Assembly: GCF_006345805.1 (NCBI RefSeq) | Contig: NC_043026.1 | Location: 6,696,001-6,760,000 of the forward strand | Direction: 5' to 3' | Length of the DNA stretch: 64,000 bases | Source of the DNA: Octopus sinensis | Taxonomy: Eukaryota | In this document: piece by piece, positions 48,760 to 62,279 of the stretch | How the letters are laid out: every line of letters starts with the position of its first letter | Position numbering within the stretch: position 1 is the first letter of the stretch | Notes under the pieces: generated by a model | Databases searched by the model: none | Told to the model about the DNA's origin: nothing | Seen by the model: the letters and a program-made list of their open reading frames with translations, nothing else | Made by a program: the position numbers and the translations under genes

Positions 48760-49845
48760 TCCACTGTGAAATCTATGCAGAAACAAACAGGAAAATAACT
48801 GAGTCACTGTGAAATCTATGCAGGAACATTACATATTTGCACAAGTGTAAGACTTATTAAAGAAAGGTGCAACCTGTTAACATCCTGTGAAATTTAAGGA
48901 CTAAACATGCATCAGGTGTGTAGTTGAGTAACTGTGAAATGTATGCAGGAATATGTAAGTATAGTTAATTAATTCAATGGGGAATGTAATAATGGAAACA
49001 AATATTTGTGTAGCAAAAACATGGCTGCATCACAATGAAATGTGTGCAGAAATTTAATCACTATTTTAAAACATAGACTTGAGCATGTGTTATGTTAATA
49101 GACGTAATAGAAGTGTTTGCACACTTAGGTGAAATGTATGCAGAAGCATGTAATGTGATGAAGGCTTGGTAAACTGCAAGCAGGATCTTGTAGGAAGGTT
49201 ATATGAAATGTACATAAACATATGATGAAGATTATGAAATTTAAGCAAGAATATATAGGTGGGTAACAGTTGGATCACACTGAAATATACAAAGATAAAC
49301 ATAGATACAAAGCTTTGTTGAATGAAACCCCATAAAATATATGCAGAAAAATATCACTGTAAAATGTGTAATCTACAGTCAATAACTGAAATATGGATGA
49401 AAATACACCTTGTAATATGTACAAAGTTACCGTGAAAAGTATACTGATTGAAATAAACAGTGCTATGTAAAATATGCACAATAAAATATATGCAGAAAAA
49501 CCATGTAATATACAGTAGGTCACTGTGAAATGTATGCAGAAACACTGTAGAACATTGTGAAATGTATGCAGAAACACTGTAGATCATTGTGAAATATAGA
49601 ATCTGAAGAATAATATACATATGTGAAATTTACGCAAGCTCATGATGTGCATTATACAATGTATCACTGTATGTTGAAACAAAACTTATACACATTGAGG
49701 TGCTGTGAAATGTATGCAGAGATACAGTAACTATGAAATGTATGTTGAACTAAAGAATGTAATATATAGTGGCTGAGTGCTAAAAACTACACAGAACCAT
49801 TGAAAGTAATATACAGTGGATGATTGTGAAATGTATGCAAGGCCA
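48760..49845. repeat. Cluster of a dispersed 14-17-nt motif (CTGTGAAATGTATGCAG) with variable spacers
   Basis: Exact GTGAAATGTATGCA at 48934, 49129, 49525, 49557, 49705 and 49826, plus several degenerate copies. Confidence 0.8.
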
Positions 49846-51554
49846 TGAAATATAAGACACAACTTATGAATATTAAATGTTTGCTGTAACATAATTCACT
49901 GAACTTTAAATGAGTGAACTATAAGCGAACTAGGACAGCCAATGAGGTTGCCCCAATGCTAGAAATAACAGCCAAAATCACCCTCAAATCACACAGATTG
50001 TCTCATAAAAGACAGATAATATTGCATTAGATATGGAAATGTATAGGAATGGTCACAAGTAGGATGTTATTGATCATAAGGCTGGTTGCATAGGGTTGAC
50101 CTGGGGTTAAACACAGGTCACCTCTATGAGATAATAATGATGTCTATGTGGTTTCTAGATTTGCTAGAAGTAGTAGCTAGTTCTTCCTGGAATTAAAATC
50201 TACTGTCATAAATAGGAAGAGGCTGCACTGGATAATGTAGTCCTGAATAAAATATGGGATGGTCATGGGTGGAATGTTTTTGATCATAGGTCTGCTGGAA
50301 GAAAGCTGATCTGGGGGCTAAATCACAACAATGACGAGGAAGGACATACGAGATAATGTACTCCTAGATACACTATGTCTGAATAATAAATGGGATGGTT
50401 ATAGCTGGAGCCCCTTTGATCATAGGTTTGCTGGATCTGGACTGACCTGGGGCTAAACAACAAGGACACACATAGAATATCTAAAATAACATTATGCAGG
50501 GTGCAGCAAAAAAAGAACCTTGGATTCACCATTCTTGATAAATGTTTCAACAGCAAACTCATAGCATATGTCAGTCTGAACTACAATGGTAACTGAAAAA
50601 CAAAATGGTAGAATATTAGCGACAGGAAGACACCATTTCCACCTGTCTAACTTAATTAGCGCCACAAGAATGGCTGTGTAAAATGTGGGAGGATTTTCTG
50701 CTGCATCCAATAAATTGTGCTGATCTCTTTTAAGGGAAAAGTGTGTGATCTGAGAGAGATTTGGTAGAAAATTCTAGCAGCTGAAGAATGTTCTGAAGAA
50801 AAATGTCTGCAGTGAGTATTGCAGAAATGCTAAGGAATTCTTACAAAAATGATGAGGAATTTGACTCAAGCATTTAAGATTGCCCCGAGAATTCCAAGTG
50901 TTGTTACATTAATTCTAACGAGTGCTGCAAAGAAGATCACAAGAATACTACACGAATTGCAAAGCATGCCACAGACACAAGAGAAACGGTAAAGAATGGC
51001 AACAGAATTGTAATGAACATCAAAATAATAGTTATGCCACAGAAAGGCTAAATGAATGTCAAAAGAATTTTAAGGAATGCCAGGTAAGTGCAATGATGAC
51101 AGCAAGAATAATAATAATAATGGTGAGGAACATGACACGGAGGAGGGAATTTGACATTTAATTGTAACGAAGGCTAAATGAATGCTAAGGAACACAAGAA
51201 TACTTCTGGGATTCACAAGACTGCTAAAAGATATCACAATGGTTGCAGGAATAGTCATGGCTATATACAATTGTGATGACTGTTACACAGATAAGGAATG
51301 CCACAAAAGAAGAAAAAAAATGGCACAAGAACAAAAACAGAAAAGAATGTCGTAAGGATATCAATAATTTTTTTTAATTTAAAGAAAAAAAAAAATCTCC
51401 AGAATGGCTGGAATATGTCTGAGAGCAGAGAGTAGGGGTTCATAAATCTACAATTTTGTTGTTAAAATTTTTGTTGTCAGGGTGTGAAATGTTTAGCGGT
51501 CACCCGTCTCTCTTCAGTTCTTTGGTGATGTGGTACCATGCAAGATGAAGGTTA

Positions 51555-51955
51555 GGAGCGGCTGTGTGGTAAGTAGCTTGCTTACCAACCACATGGTTCA
51601 GGGTTCAGTCCCACTGCATGGCACCTTGGGCAAGTGTCTTCTACTATAGCCTCGGGCCGACTAAAGCATTGTGAGTGGTTTTGGTAGACAGAAAACTGAA
51701 AGAAGCCCATCGTATATATATATGTATATATATGTGTGTGTATGTTTGTTTGTCTGTGTTTGTCCTCCCCCAACATCGCTTGATAACCGATGCTGGTTTG
51801 TTTACGCCCCCATAACTTAGCGGTTCGGCAAAAGAGACCGATAGAATAAGTACTAGGCTTACAAAGAATAAGTCCTGGAGTTGATTTGCTCGACTAAACA
51901 GTGGTGCTCCAGTATGGCCACAGTTAAATGACTAAAACAAGTAAAAGAGGAAGAG
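51555..51955 (+). mobile_element. SINE family A, full length
   Basis: Head, body and tail present. Confidence 0.85.
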
Positions 51956-53141
51956 TAATAATGGCATTGTCCATTCTTCTGAACTAACAAGAGATCGTGA
52001 CCACACCCTTACAACCAGCCCAGGGAATTGGTAAAACAACAACTGGGCACATTGTTTATAGGCAAACGCAGTTTCTATTCTTAGACTGGGTGATACATTG
52101 TGTTCTTGGGCAAGACACTCCATTCCACATCACTTCAGTCCACTCAGCTGGCAAAAACGATCTGTACCAGTAATTAAAAACGGGCCAACCATGTCAGATT
52201 CAGCAACCTTGTCTTGCTGAATCTCCCTGAGAACTGCATTAAGGGTATGCATGACTGTGGAGTACTCGGCCACTTGCACATTAATTTCACAAGTAGGCTG
52301 TTTTGTTGATTGAATCAGCTGCCACCCTTGTCATTGTAACTGACGGAGTGCCCTTGGACATTGTCACCACCCACCCACCCACCACCACCAATTGTCCTTC
52401 AGGAAGAATTAAAAAGAAAGGCTGACCTCAGTGGAGTTTGAACTCAGGGTGCAGAGACTCAAAACAAATACCACAAGACATTCTATCTCAGGGTTTCCCT
52501 TCCATTTCAATTGTACCTCATCTTACTACCTACTTCCACCAAGGCCACCACCTCTGCCACTCCCTGAGAGGTCAATTTTGGTTTTAAAAAAAATTGCCCA
52601 TCCCCCATGGTCCTCAACATGAGTTCACATGACCCTTAAAATTTAGTTGTCAAACTTTAGGTCCAATACACAAAATATTTTTTCACAATTCCTCATAATC
52701 CCTAGGTATAAAAATATAAAGGGATTAAAAAAAAAAAATAGGGTCCAGTAGAGTAAAATAAGAATCAAAGGGGTCCATAGGTAAAAAAAAGGGTTGGGAC
52801 CCTCTGGTATAGACCCCGAAAAGATGAAAAAAGTTTGACCCTGGTGAGGTTTGAACTCACGATACAAAGGCCTATAACTGAAGTATTCTAAGTTTGTCCA
52901 TCATTTCAGTTCTACTAAAGATTTAATAATAATAATAATAATTCTTTCTACTAAAGGCACAAGGCCTGAATTTGTGGTGGGGAGGGGCCAGTTGATTAGA
53001 TTGACTCCAGTACGTAACTGGTACTTAATTTATCGACCTCAGTAGAATTTGAACTCAGAACAAGAAGACAGATGAAATATCGCTAAGCATTTCACCCAGC
53101 GTGCTAACGATTCTGCCAGCTCACTGCCTTAGTAATAATAA

Positions 53142-53503
53142 CGCTGTGGTGGTCTCATTCTTGCTCACAACATCATAAGCGGAAAGTGTAACCTCTCGAA
53201 AGAGCTGTTCTTCACTCCTGCTCCAGAGCGTCGGCTGCAGGGTCATTCCGAAAAGCTCTATCTGCGACGATTTCATCTCAATCGAAGGAGAGGGGCTTTC
53301 TCTGTCAGGGTTGTGGATCCCTGGAATAAGCTGCCGGACGAGATGGTGAAGATGCCGACGACCGCTCGGTTCAAAGTTTCCCTTGACCACAAATGGCCTG
53401 AACTCTTTACATGAACACCACCCTGTACATAACTCCATGTCCCCCTACATGGCCTTGCTTTTTTTGCTTTTTGAGCCAAAAAATTAACTAACTAACTAAC
53501 TAA
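53142..53503 (+). mobile_element. CR1/L2-group LINE 3' end (third family), open to TGA at 53414
   Basis: RCGGLILAHNIISGKCNLSKELFF..RLQGHSEKLYLRRFHLNRRRGAFSVRVVDPWNKLPDEMV..FKVSLD; (TAAC)n tail. Confidence 0.85.
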
Positions 53504-53932
53504 CAATAATAATAATAATAATAAATAATAATAATAATTATAATAATAACAATAATAATAATAATTCTATCTACAACAAGAACGACATGGTAACAACAGC
53601 AAATACGAAAAATAACAACAGTAATAATAACAATAATAATAACGATAATGAAGACAACGATGATTAAACAAAAAAAGGGTTTTTGTTGTTAGAAATATGA
53701 AAGGTGACAAACCTAATTTACCATCTGGTGATGGTAATGCACTAGGGTCGGTTTTATATTTTTCTGTGGAAAAGAACACATTGGACATGAGGCGGAGGAA
53801 TACAAGAGAAAAAAATAGTTCTTTGGGAATTCGGGCCAGGATATTAATAATGATGATGATAATGATAATAATAATAATGATGATGATGAAAAGGATGATA
53901 ATGATAATTTAGACGTTTTCAATCTAATTTGG

Positions 53933-54231
53933 ATTCTTTGCCATCAAATTTGAATTTTTCCATTGGTGTTCAAGCCTTGAAAAAAATAAACGAATGATTC
54001 TTTTTCTATTATCTCCCCTTGTTCAGACCGGTCAAAGACGTAAATATGGCAGAAGCTATGGCAGTGTTCATGAGTCATTTCATCAAACTTTTCAGATATC
54101 AATTGGTGGGCTCTACTGGACCAGTTAGATAAGATAGACATGTATTCCCTTACGGCTGATGTAGTTTAACTCTCTTGTTTTTTTCAAGGTTTGAGCACCA
54201 ATTGAAAAATTCAAATTTGATGGCAAAGAAT
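53933..54231. mobile_element. ~300-bp MITE-like element with ~54-bp inverted repeats
   Basis: ATTCTTTGCCATCAAATTTGAATTTTTC.. at 53933 and its reverse complement ending at 54231. Confidence 0.7.
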
Positions 54232-54475
54232 GACAACGATAATGATTATTTCTGATATATGCAGAAGGCCTGATATTTTGGTGGAGGAATTAGTTGAGGA
54301 CAACAACCTCCTGTGCTCAACTAGTAAATTACTTCATTGACCCATTGCCCCAGGAGGATGAAGGGCAAAGTTGACCTGGGTGGAATTTGAACTCACGATG
54401 TACAGACAGACGAAATGCCGCTAAGCATTTCGTCCAATGTGCTAATGCTTCAACCAGCTTGCTGCCAAAATAAGT

Positions 54476-54700
54476 GGCAGCTACGAGAGTCAAGCATAAA
54501 GGTTATCCCTATTGTCATCGGAGCACTGGGTTCAATACCTCCCAATCTGAAAAACCATCTGAAAACCTTAGAAATACCCTTCAATCTAGATGTATTGCAA
54601 AAGCTGGCATTACTTGGAACTGTCTGAGGTCCTTGTTGTGTCTTGACAAACAGTGCAAACCCCTGGAGACACAATATCTTCAATCAACAACCTCACAATG
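54476..54700 (+). mobile_element. RLE-type (R4/NeSL-like) non-LTR retrotransposon 3' fragment
   Basis: WQLRESSIKVIPIVIGALGSIPPNLKNHLKTLEI..VLQKLALLGT resembles the end of the restriction-like endonuclease domain. Confidence 0.65.
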
Positions 54701-54723
54701 TTGTATACTGTGCGACGTCTTAA

Positions 54724-54943
54724 CCCTTTAGTGTTTAAACTGGCCATATCCGGCTGAAGTTTTCTACCTATTTTATGTTTAAACTGACCAGATCAGGGCT
54801 CTCACACCTAACCTACATTGACATTCTAAAAATGAACAATCACGTCATTGAAACCTCAAAGCTATGAGATAATGCATGATTAATTAAAAGCAATCTGAGT
54901 AAAAAAATATTACATTTAACATAGTAATCTGAACACTAAAGGG
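54724..54943. mobile_element. piggyBac-like MITE family 1 (220 bp)
   Basis: TTAA|CCCTTTAGTGTT ... AACACTAAAGGG|TTAA; relative at 59112-59306 and fragment at ~31860. Confidence 0.75.
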
Positions 54944-55195
54944 TTAAATAATAATAATAATAATAATAATGATGATGGTTTCAAATTTTGGCACAAGGCT
55001 AGCAAGTCTGGAGGAAGGTGTTAGTCAATTACATTGACCCCCCCCAATGCTCAGCTGGTATTTAATTTATCGACCCCGAAAAGATGAAAGGCAAAGTCGA
55101 CCTCAGTGGAATTTGAACTGAGAACACAAGGATGGACAAAATGCTGCTAAGCACTTTGCCCAACATGCTAACCATTCTGCCACCTCGCTGTTTTC

Positions 55196-55232
<37 letters not shown>

Positions 55233-55834
55233 GATGAGACTTTGAAGGTGGAAATTAGAGGGGGGGGGAGGCATGAAAAATTGTAGCAATACAGAAAGGA
55301 CAATGAAGTGTTCTGTTAGCGCATGTCTAAACCCAAAGGGTCAATGAAGAAACCCCACAGATTCCAGATCATCAATTCTATCAAAGGCAAGTGTCTTCTC
55401 CTAGCCTTGTTCTCTGGTTTAAAGGTCCATGTTGAGATTAAGGGCCCATTCAGCCACACCCATCATTAAGCAAGAGTTTAGAATTTGTTGAGGACACTGT
55501 CTCCCTCTTCAAGGGGCCAAAGTTCAAGAAGGTATCACAGCTGATCATATTTAGAAGGCATGTGGCTTACTGATTTGGGTGTTGCACTCATGACTGTAAG
55601 ATCAGGGGTTCAAATTACGGACTAGGCAGCACACTGTGTTCTTGAGCAAAACCCTTCATTTCACTTTGCTGCAGTCCACTCTGCGACAGACTATTATCCT
55701 GTTCAGAAGTAAGGGCCACAGCTATGGCACAGTTCAAGCTCCCTGTGACTGGTGGAGGTTATCCTTAGACAGTGAACCTGGCCTAAAGGTTTATAACAGA
55801 CTGAAGTCCGCTAAATGCAACCCAGGAATATTAA

Positions 55835-56056
55835 CCCTTTTGTTACCATATTTCTGTTGAGATGCTCTGTGTTTCTTTCAATTAATTTTAAATATAACAA
55901 AGAATTTAGTAAAATAACCTAGTTACCATTCAGCTAGTGTTAGGAACATAAATTGTGACCAAGGTTTGGTGGAAGATTTGAATTGAGAATTTATGAAAAC
56001 AAGACATTTGTACTACAGAGCCAGATGTGGTATCAGCCAGGTTGGTATCAAAAGGG
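55835..56056. mobile_element. piggyBac-like MITE family 2 (222 bp)
   Basis: TTAA|CCCTTTTGTTACC ... GGTATCAAAAGGG|TTAA. Confidence 0.75.
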
Positions 56057-56444
56057 TTAAACACACCTCTACATTTGGGCAGATGCACATTAGAAGCAGT
56101 TGGGTGTGGATTGAAGGAAATTTAGGCTATTATTTCTAGCATATAGAGTGACCACATTGAGGTCTCCTCCTCTCAGGTCTTCTGCTGATTATTTTTCTTC
56201 TTAAAGGAGACAAGAAATTAAACTTAAATCCTGAGAACAGAAATGCTGGTCCTCATCTAGTTTCTGCCGACCAAAACTTCAAGATTTTCTGATGATCTGA
56301 AGCTAGAGAAGAAGACACTTGCCTAAGGTGCTGCGCAGTGGGTTTGAACCCGAGACCACATAGTTATAAAGCAAAGCGAACTTCTTAACCACACAGCCAT
56401 GCCTGCATAAATACACTAAACTGAAATCAAAGCATTTGTTAATT

Positions 56445-56488
<44 letters not shown>

Positions 56489-57468
56489 AACAACTTTATA
56501 TATAGAAATAATATCATGAAATAAGAAACTAAATCAATTAATTGATAATTTCTAATTTAGGGACAAGGGCCAGCATTTTTAAGGGAAAGGTTTAGCAGAA
56601 ACCACTGACCCTACTTCTTGACTGGTATCCGGAGAGGATTTGAACTCAAATCATAAAGTGTCAAGGACATGTCACAAGGCATTTTCCCAATGCTTTCATA
56701 TTCTGCCAAATCACTAACTTCAATAGTAATAATAATAATAATAATGATAATAATAATGATAATAATAATAATAATAATGATAATAATAGTAATGGTTTCA
56801 TGTTTTGGCACAAGATGAGCAATTTCGGGAAATGGGGTTAGTCAATTACATTGACCCCAAGTATCCAACTGGTACTTATTTTACTGAACCAAAAAGGGTC
56901 AAAGGCAAAGTTGAACTCGGTGGAATCTGAACTGGGAACAGAAAGACGGATGAAATGCTGTTGAGCCCTTCATCCGGCGCAGCAACAATTCTGCCAGCTT
57001 GCTGCCTTAGTGATGACAACAACAACACGGTTTCAAATTTAGTTGGTATCACTGACCCCAGCAATTAGCTGGTACTTATTTAACAATCCTGCAAGAATCA
57101 AAGGTAAACTTGACCATGGCAGATATATATATATCAAAATATATTAGGCAAAGTGTTCAGTATTATATATCCATTATAGCTGATCTAACCAATCAGTTTC
57201 ACACAGGGGCTTCAAAAGGAGTGTTGGGTAACAATCCGATTATGTAAGCCTGCACTCATCAGAGGTAGATGATCTGGAAGGAAATACAGCAACTATCCTC
57301 TCAATAGTATTTAAATATACAATATATAAATATAATAAAATACAATTATATGACAATATGTATATAAAATACTACATACATATACATATGTATGTATAAT
57401 AGAATTATATATAAATATACTACAATACATAAAATGATGTATATATATATATATATATATATACATAC

Positions 57469-57499
<31 letters not shown>

Positions 57500-57771
57500 C
57501 ATACATACATACACGTGTGTGTATATACATGTATATATCTATACGTGAAAGCATGCAAAAATATATAACACTGACTACAAGTGTGCTGTGAACTACTGGG
57601 TAAGGCAGGTGAGTGATAGGTAAGTAGTGGACAGGTGTTCACACATGGTTAGACAGGTGGGTCCATAGGTAGGCAGGTAGGAAAAAAAATGTCCACACAC
57701 TGTTAGCAAAACTCACAGTAACACAGACACACACACACACATTGGTCAGTAAGGGAACAGGTCAATCAAAT

Positions 57772-58558
57772 CAGTGGTCCTCAACCGTATTTTGAGTATG
57801 AAACCCTTTATTCAGATGGGTCCTCTTAGCCATTTGATATTCAAAACAAAATCCTATTCACCATCAGGATCATTTAGTGTCTGTTTTCCATGCTGGCATG
57901 GGTTGGACGGTTTGACTAAAAACTGGTAAGCTGCACCAGGTTCCAATAATTAATTTTCGTAATTATATTTTATAATTAAAAGGGCACCATTTGAGTGTGA
58001 TCGTTACCAGCGTCGCCTTACTGGCACTTGTGCCCATGCTAGTAGGGTGCCAAGAGCACCATCCGAGCTTGATCGTTGCCAGAGCAGCCAACTGGCTCCG
58101 TGCTGGTGGCACGGAAAAGGGCACCATTTGAGCGTGATCGTTACCAACATCGCCTTAGTGGCACCTGTGCTGGTGGCATGTGTAAAAAGATTCGAGTGAG
58201 GTCATTGCCAGTACTGCCTGACTGGCCCTCGTGCCGGTGGCACGTAAAAAGCACCCTCTACACTCTTGGAATGGTTGGTGTTAGAAAGGGCATCCAGCTG
58301 TAGAAACTCTGCCAGATCAGATTGGAGCCTGGTGCGGCCGTCTGGTTCGCCAACCCTCGGTCAAAATCGTCCAACCCATGCTAGCATGGAAAGCGGATGT
58401 TAAACGATGATGATTAATTAAATATTATCATTTCATTAAAGAAATTAACATATTTTGTGTATTATAGAAATGCAACCAAATTTATCAGATTTAAATTTTA
58501 GCAACAAAATTTTATACGGACCCACAATGGTCACATGGGCCTTGGTTGAGAACCCCTG
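57772..58558. mobile_element. hAT-like MITE with nested SINE C copies (57862-57945 minus; 57975-58413 plus)
   Basis: CAGTGGTCCTCAACC ... GGTTGAGAACCCCTG termini; flanking 8-mers match only 5/8. Confidence 0.55.
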
Positions 58559-59111
58559 AATTATAAAGTCAGTATGTGAAGGGCGGTGGGTGGTGGGAGG
58601 ACAGACGAACGACACGACAACAACGACGACGATGAAAGACTGAGGTGGTGCCGAGTTAAGGGTGCGAAGTTATACAACATACCTTCTACAACACCTAAAT
58701 GGAAGAAAACGGAATGAAATGTTTAATGAGCGAGACATGAATGTTTTGGTGAAAGAAGACAGGCAGCAGCAGCAAAATATATTGTCAAACATTGAGGAGG
58801 GGCAAGGAAAGGGGACAGGAAGTGCAGGCAGGGCCGATTTAGTTTTCAGTTAAATTTTCTACACTGTGGTTACACTGTGTGTATGGATGAGGAGACAGAA
58901 CTAGTTTTAATTAAGAATCTTACATTAGAACCACACTATATTTGCATGTGATGTATGAGGGGGGATGCACGGTGAGAGTGTGTGCGTAGGAAGACGGGTC
59001 TTTTTCTAGTTAAACTCTTGCACTGAGAAGAAAACACCAGCACCATTTTTCAAAAATTTCAATCATTTGATCTTATCAGAGTTGTCTCCATTTCTTCTTT
59101 GTTTTGTTTAA

Positions 59112-59306
59112 CCTTTTAGCATATAAACTGGCCAATATATTCTACTTGTTTTATGTTCAAAACTGGCCAGATCAGGCATCTCATACCTACTCGGCAAGGT
59201 CATCCTAAGAATAAGCTATCACATCATGAAAATTTCACATCATGAAAATTTCAAAGTTTCAAGAAATAAGCAATGAACAGGACAAAGTAACCCGAATACG
59301 AAAGGG
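59112..59306. mobile_element. piggyBac-like MITE family 1
   Basis: TTAA|CCTTTTAGC ... CGAAAGGG|TTAA; body similar to 54724-54943. Confidence 0.7.
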
Positions 59307-60224
59307 TTAAACAAATGTCCCCTAAAGGGAGTTTTTTTAAGGTCACAGACCATGAACAATCACAGTTAATTGAAAGATTTGTCTCCTCATTTCATTTGCC
59401 AAAACCCTCGTGTGTGTGTGTGTGTGCGTGCATTTGTGGAGGCACGTGATTTAGTGGTTTAAGGCGTTGCATTCCTGATCCAAGGCTGTAGTTTCAATCC
59501 CTGGACCAAGCAATATGTTGCGCTCTTAAATGTAAGATTTCACTGCGCGTGTCCACTTGGCTGAGTAACCAATGGAGCGCCAGTTATATATAAGGTGCAT
59601 GGCTTAGTGGTCAGGGCATTTGGCTCAAGACCATAAGGTCAAGAGTTCAATCCCCCAGTAACATGCTGTCCTTGAGCAAGACACTCGATTGCATGTTGCT
59701 CCTGTCCACTCACCTAAAGGCCAGCCTTTTCACATTGTGTGCCACACAGAACTCCCCTGGGGACTACATTAAGGGTACAAGCGTCTGTGGAGTACTCAGC
59801 CACTTTCACAAGCAGGCTGTTTCATTGATTAGATCAAGTAAAACACTCATCGTTGTAGCTGACAATGTGTGTGTCTGAATATTTGTAAGTGTGTGTGTGT
59901 ATTTGGGAAGAAAGGAGAAGACATCAGGGAAGGAGTGGGGGAGGGGGTGTTGCTAAAAAAAAAAAAAAGAGAAACCCTGCTCAATTAGTAAAAACAGCCA
60001 TTAAAAATACATTCAACTAATCAACATTACAATTAGTAATAGTTTTTATAATTAATATTTTAATCAGTAGTAATTAAGGACAACAACACCTGGCTCAGGT
60101 GTTGCTGTATCGGAGTGCAGCGGAGAATGCAATGCAGTCGGATAGCAACAAGGCGGGGAGGAAAGAGAGTGTTGGGGGAGGGCATGGACGGAAACACAAA
60201 AAACTAAGCAATGCAGTTATAGTT

Positions 60225-60432
60225 GTGTGGTGGTGGTGGTGGTGGCAGTGGTTATGAGGGAGATGATGATGATAGTGGTGGCAGTGATGATGATGATGAT
60301 GGTGGTGGTGATGATGACGATGATGACAGTGGTGGCGGTGGTGATGATGATGGTGGTGATGATGATGATGATGATGATGACAGTGGTGATGGTGGTGGTG
60401 ATGACAGCTATGACAGTGATGGCACCGCCACC
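60225..60432. repeat. (GAT)n/(GGT)n compound trinucleotide repeat
   Basis: Direct inspection. Confidence 0.9.
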
Positions 60433-60785
60433 GCCAAAGATGGCGGCAGCAGTTTTGAAGAATCCTTCTATGTCTGGCACAAGTCCAGCAATGTGCAGGG
60501 GTCTGGGATGAGGGTGGAGGTGGGGGTGGTTCCCAGGTGAGGATAAAGGTGAGCCCAGTATTATAACTGGGACGTTAGGGCGAGTGCATATCTCCGCTGG
60601 GAATGGACACTGGGGTGCGTAAACTCAACAGCAATAACTGTTATATACAAACCTATATATATAAGGCAAACCAGTTTTGTTTTATACACTCATGATTGTT
60701 TATACATACAATTACGACTGTATAGATACACTAGCATACATGGACAGATGTTCACACACACACACACACTATGAATATACAGTGA

Positions 60786-60839
<54 letters not shown>

Positions 60840-61002
60840 CATACACACACACATCACTGTATATTCATACATATATGATCCACTTTGAACAAACACACAA
60901 ACATACATATATACATACAATTATAACCAACACATATACACATGTACTCACAGTGTATATACATATATGTATGTACATATTGTATATACACAACCTGAGC
61001 TG

Positions 61003-61043
<41 letters not shown>

Positions 61044-62279
61044 AAAAAAAGATATATATATATATAAATGCATATACACACTGAATATATACACTTATAT
61101 ATTGCAGTGTAAACCACACAATAATGCATAAGTGTAAGTCTACATGCATGTCTGTATTGCATTATATACCACACTATACATACATGTACAGTATAAAGCA
61201 CATTTTGCATACATGTATGTATATATAGTAACATGATGTATATACACAATAGTAAGTCCATACTAAACAAAAGGAATATAAAGATGTTACTTTAAAAAAT
61301 ATAAATATCTCTATATATATATATCCATAATTACATATCATATATATATACATATATATAAAATATATATTTATGATCATCTATATTGTAGATTAAATAT
61401 TTAAATTATATTATATATATATATATAAATATATTAATGTGTAAAGAAAACATTGGGCCTTCCTGGGGAGTTTTCAATACAAAATAATTTAAAAACAAAA
61501 TCAATGAAATTTTTTTATAAAAAAGATAAAAACTGGGTACAACTTCTTTTTATGCCAGAAAAGTAAACAAGGTAAAAATATAAAAAATACACAAAGAAAC
61601 CCACGAAAACAAAAGAATAATGATATGATTTGGTAAACGACAATGGCAAGAATTCGATGAGTCTAATATTGGTACAAGGGCAGCAGTTTTGAGGGGAGGG
61701 GTTTAGTCGATTACACTGAATCCAATGTGTGGCTGGTGCTATGTTTTATCAACTTTGGAGGGAGGAACGGTAAAGCCAACCTCAATAAATAACGATGTAA
61801 TATTTGCATAAAATATATATATAAAATTTAAATAACGAGGGTGAAAAATGAATATTAATTTAATTAATATCAATTTAAAACCAGAAGCCTAGCATATAGA
61901 AAAATCTGAAAATTCAGAAAAATTGTAATATCTACTTATGAGACGGGATGGTCACTAAGTGGAAATCCAATATGCTAGAACATGGTCTTGTGTTTGCTGA
62001 ATCTCTCCGGAGAACATTCTTCTCTTTGTAGTTAGATCGTATGTGATCTTCTTCTAGCATATTGGTTGTCCACTTAGTGGTTATCCCTAAATATACGAAT
62101 GTGTGTGTGTGTGTGTGTGTGTGTGTGTCTATATATATATATTTAAATATATATATACTTTCAGCAAAAACAATTAATATTCAAGTGAATTCCAATGAAT
62201 TCACATGAATGTGGTACTTAACTTAGATGCACCAGAATTCTTTATGGTATTAACCATAAAATAATGTGGGGTGATTATA

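Noticed and set aside
48760-49845. CRISPR-like array
   Set aside because: Eukaryotic intron context, irregular spacer lengths, degenerate non-palindromic repeats and no cas genes.
53121-53479. Minus-strand ORFs of 105 and 68 aa
   Set aside because: Antisense shadows of the plus-strand CR1/L2 ORF2 C-terminus.
60217-60540. Asp/Gly-rich biomineral- or reflectin-like protein (GGDDDD)
   Set aside because: All frames are open only because of the (GAT/GGT)n repeat; there is no signal peptide, reflectin motif or supported splice chain.
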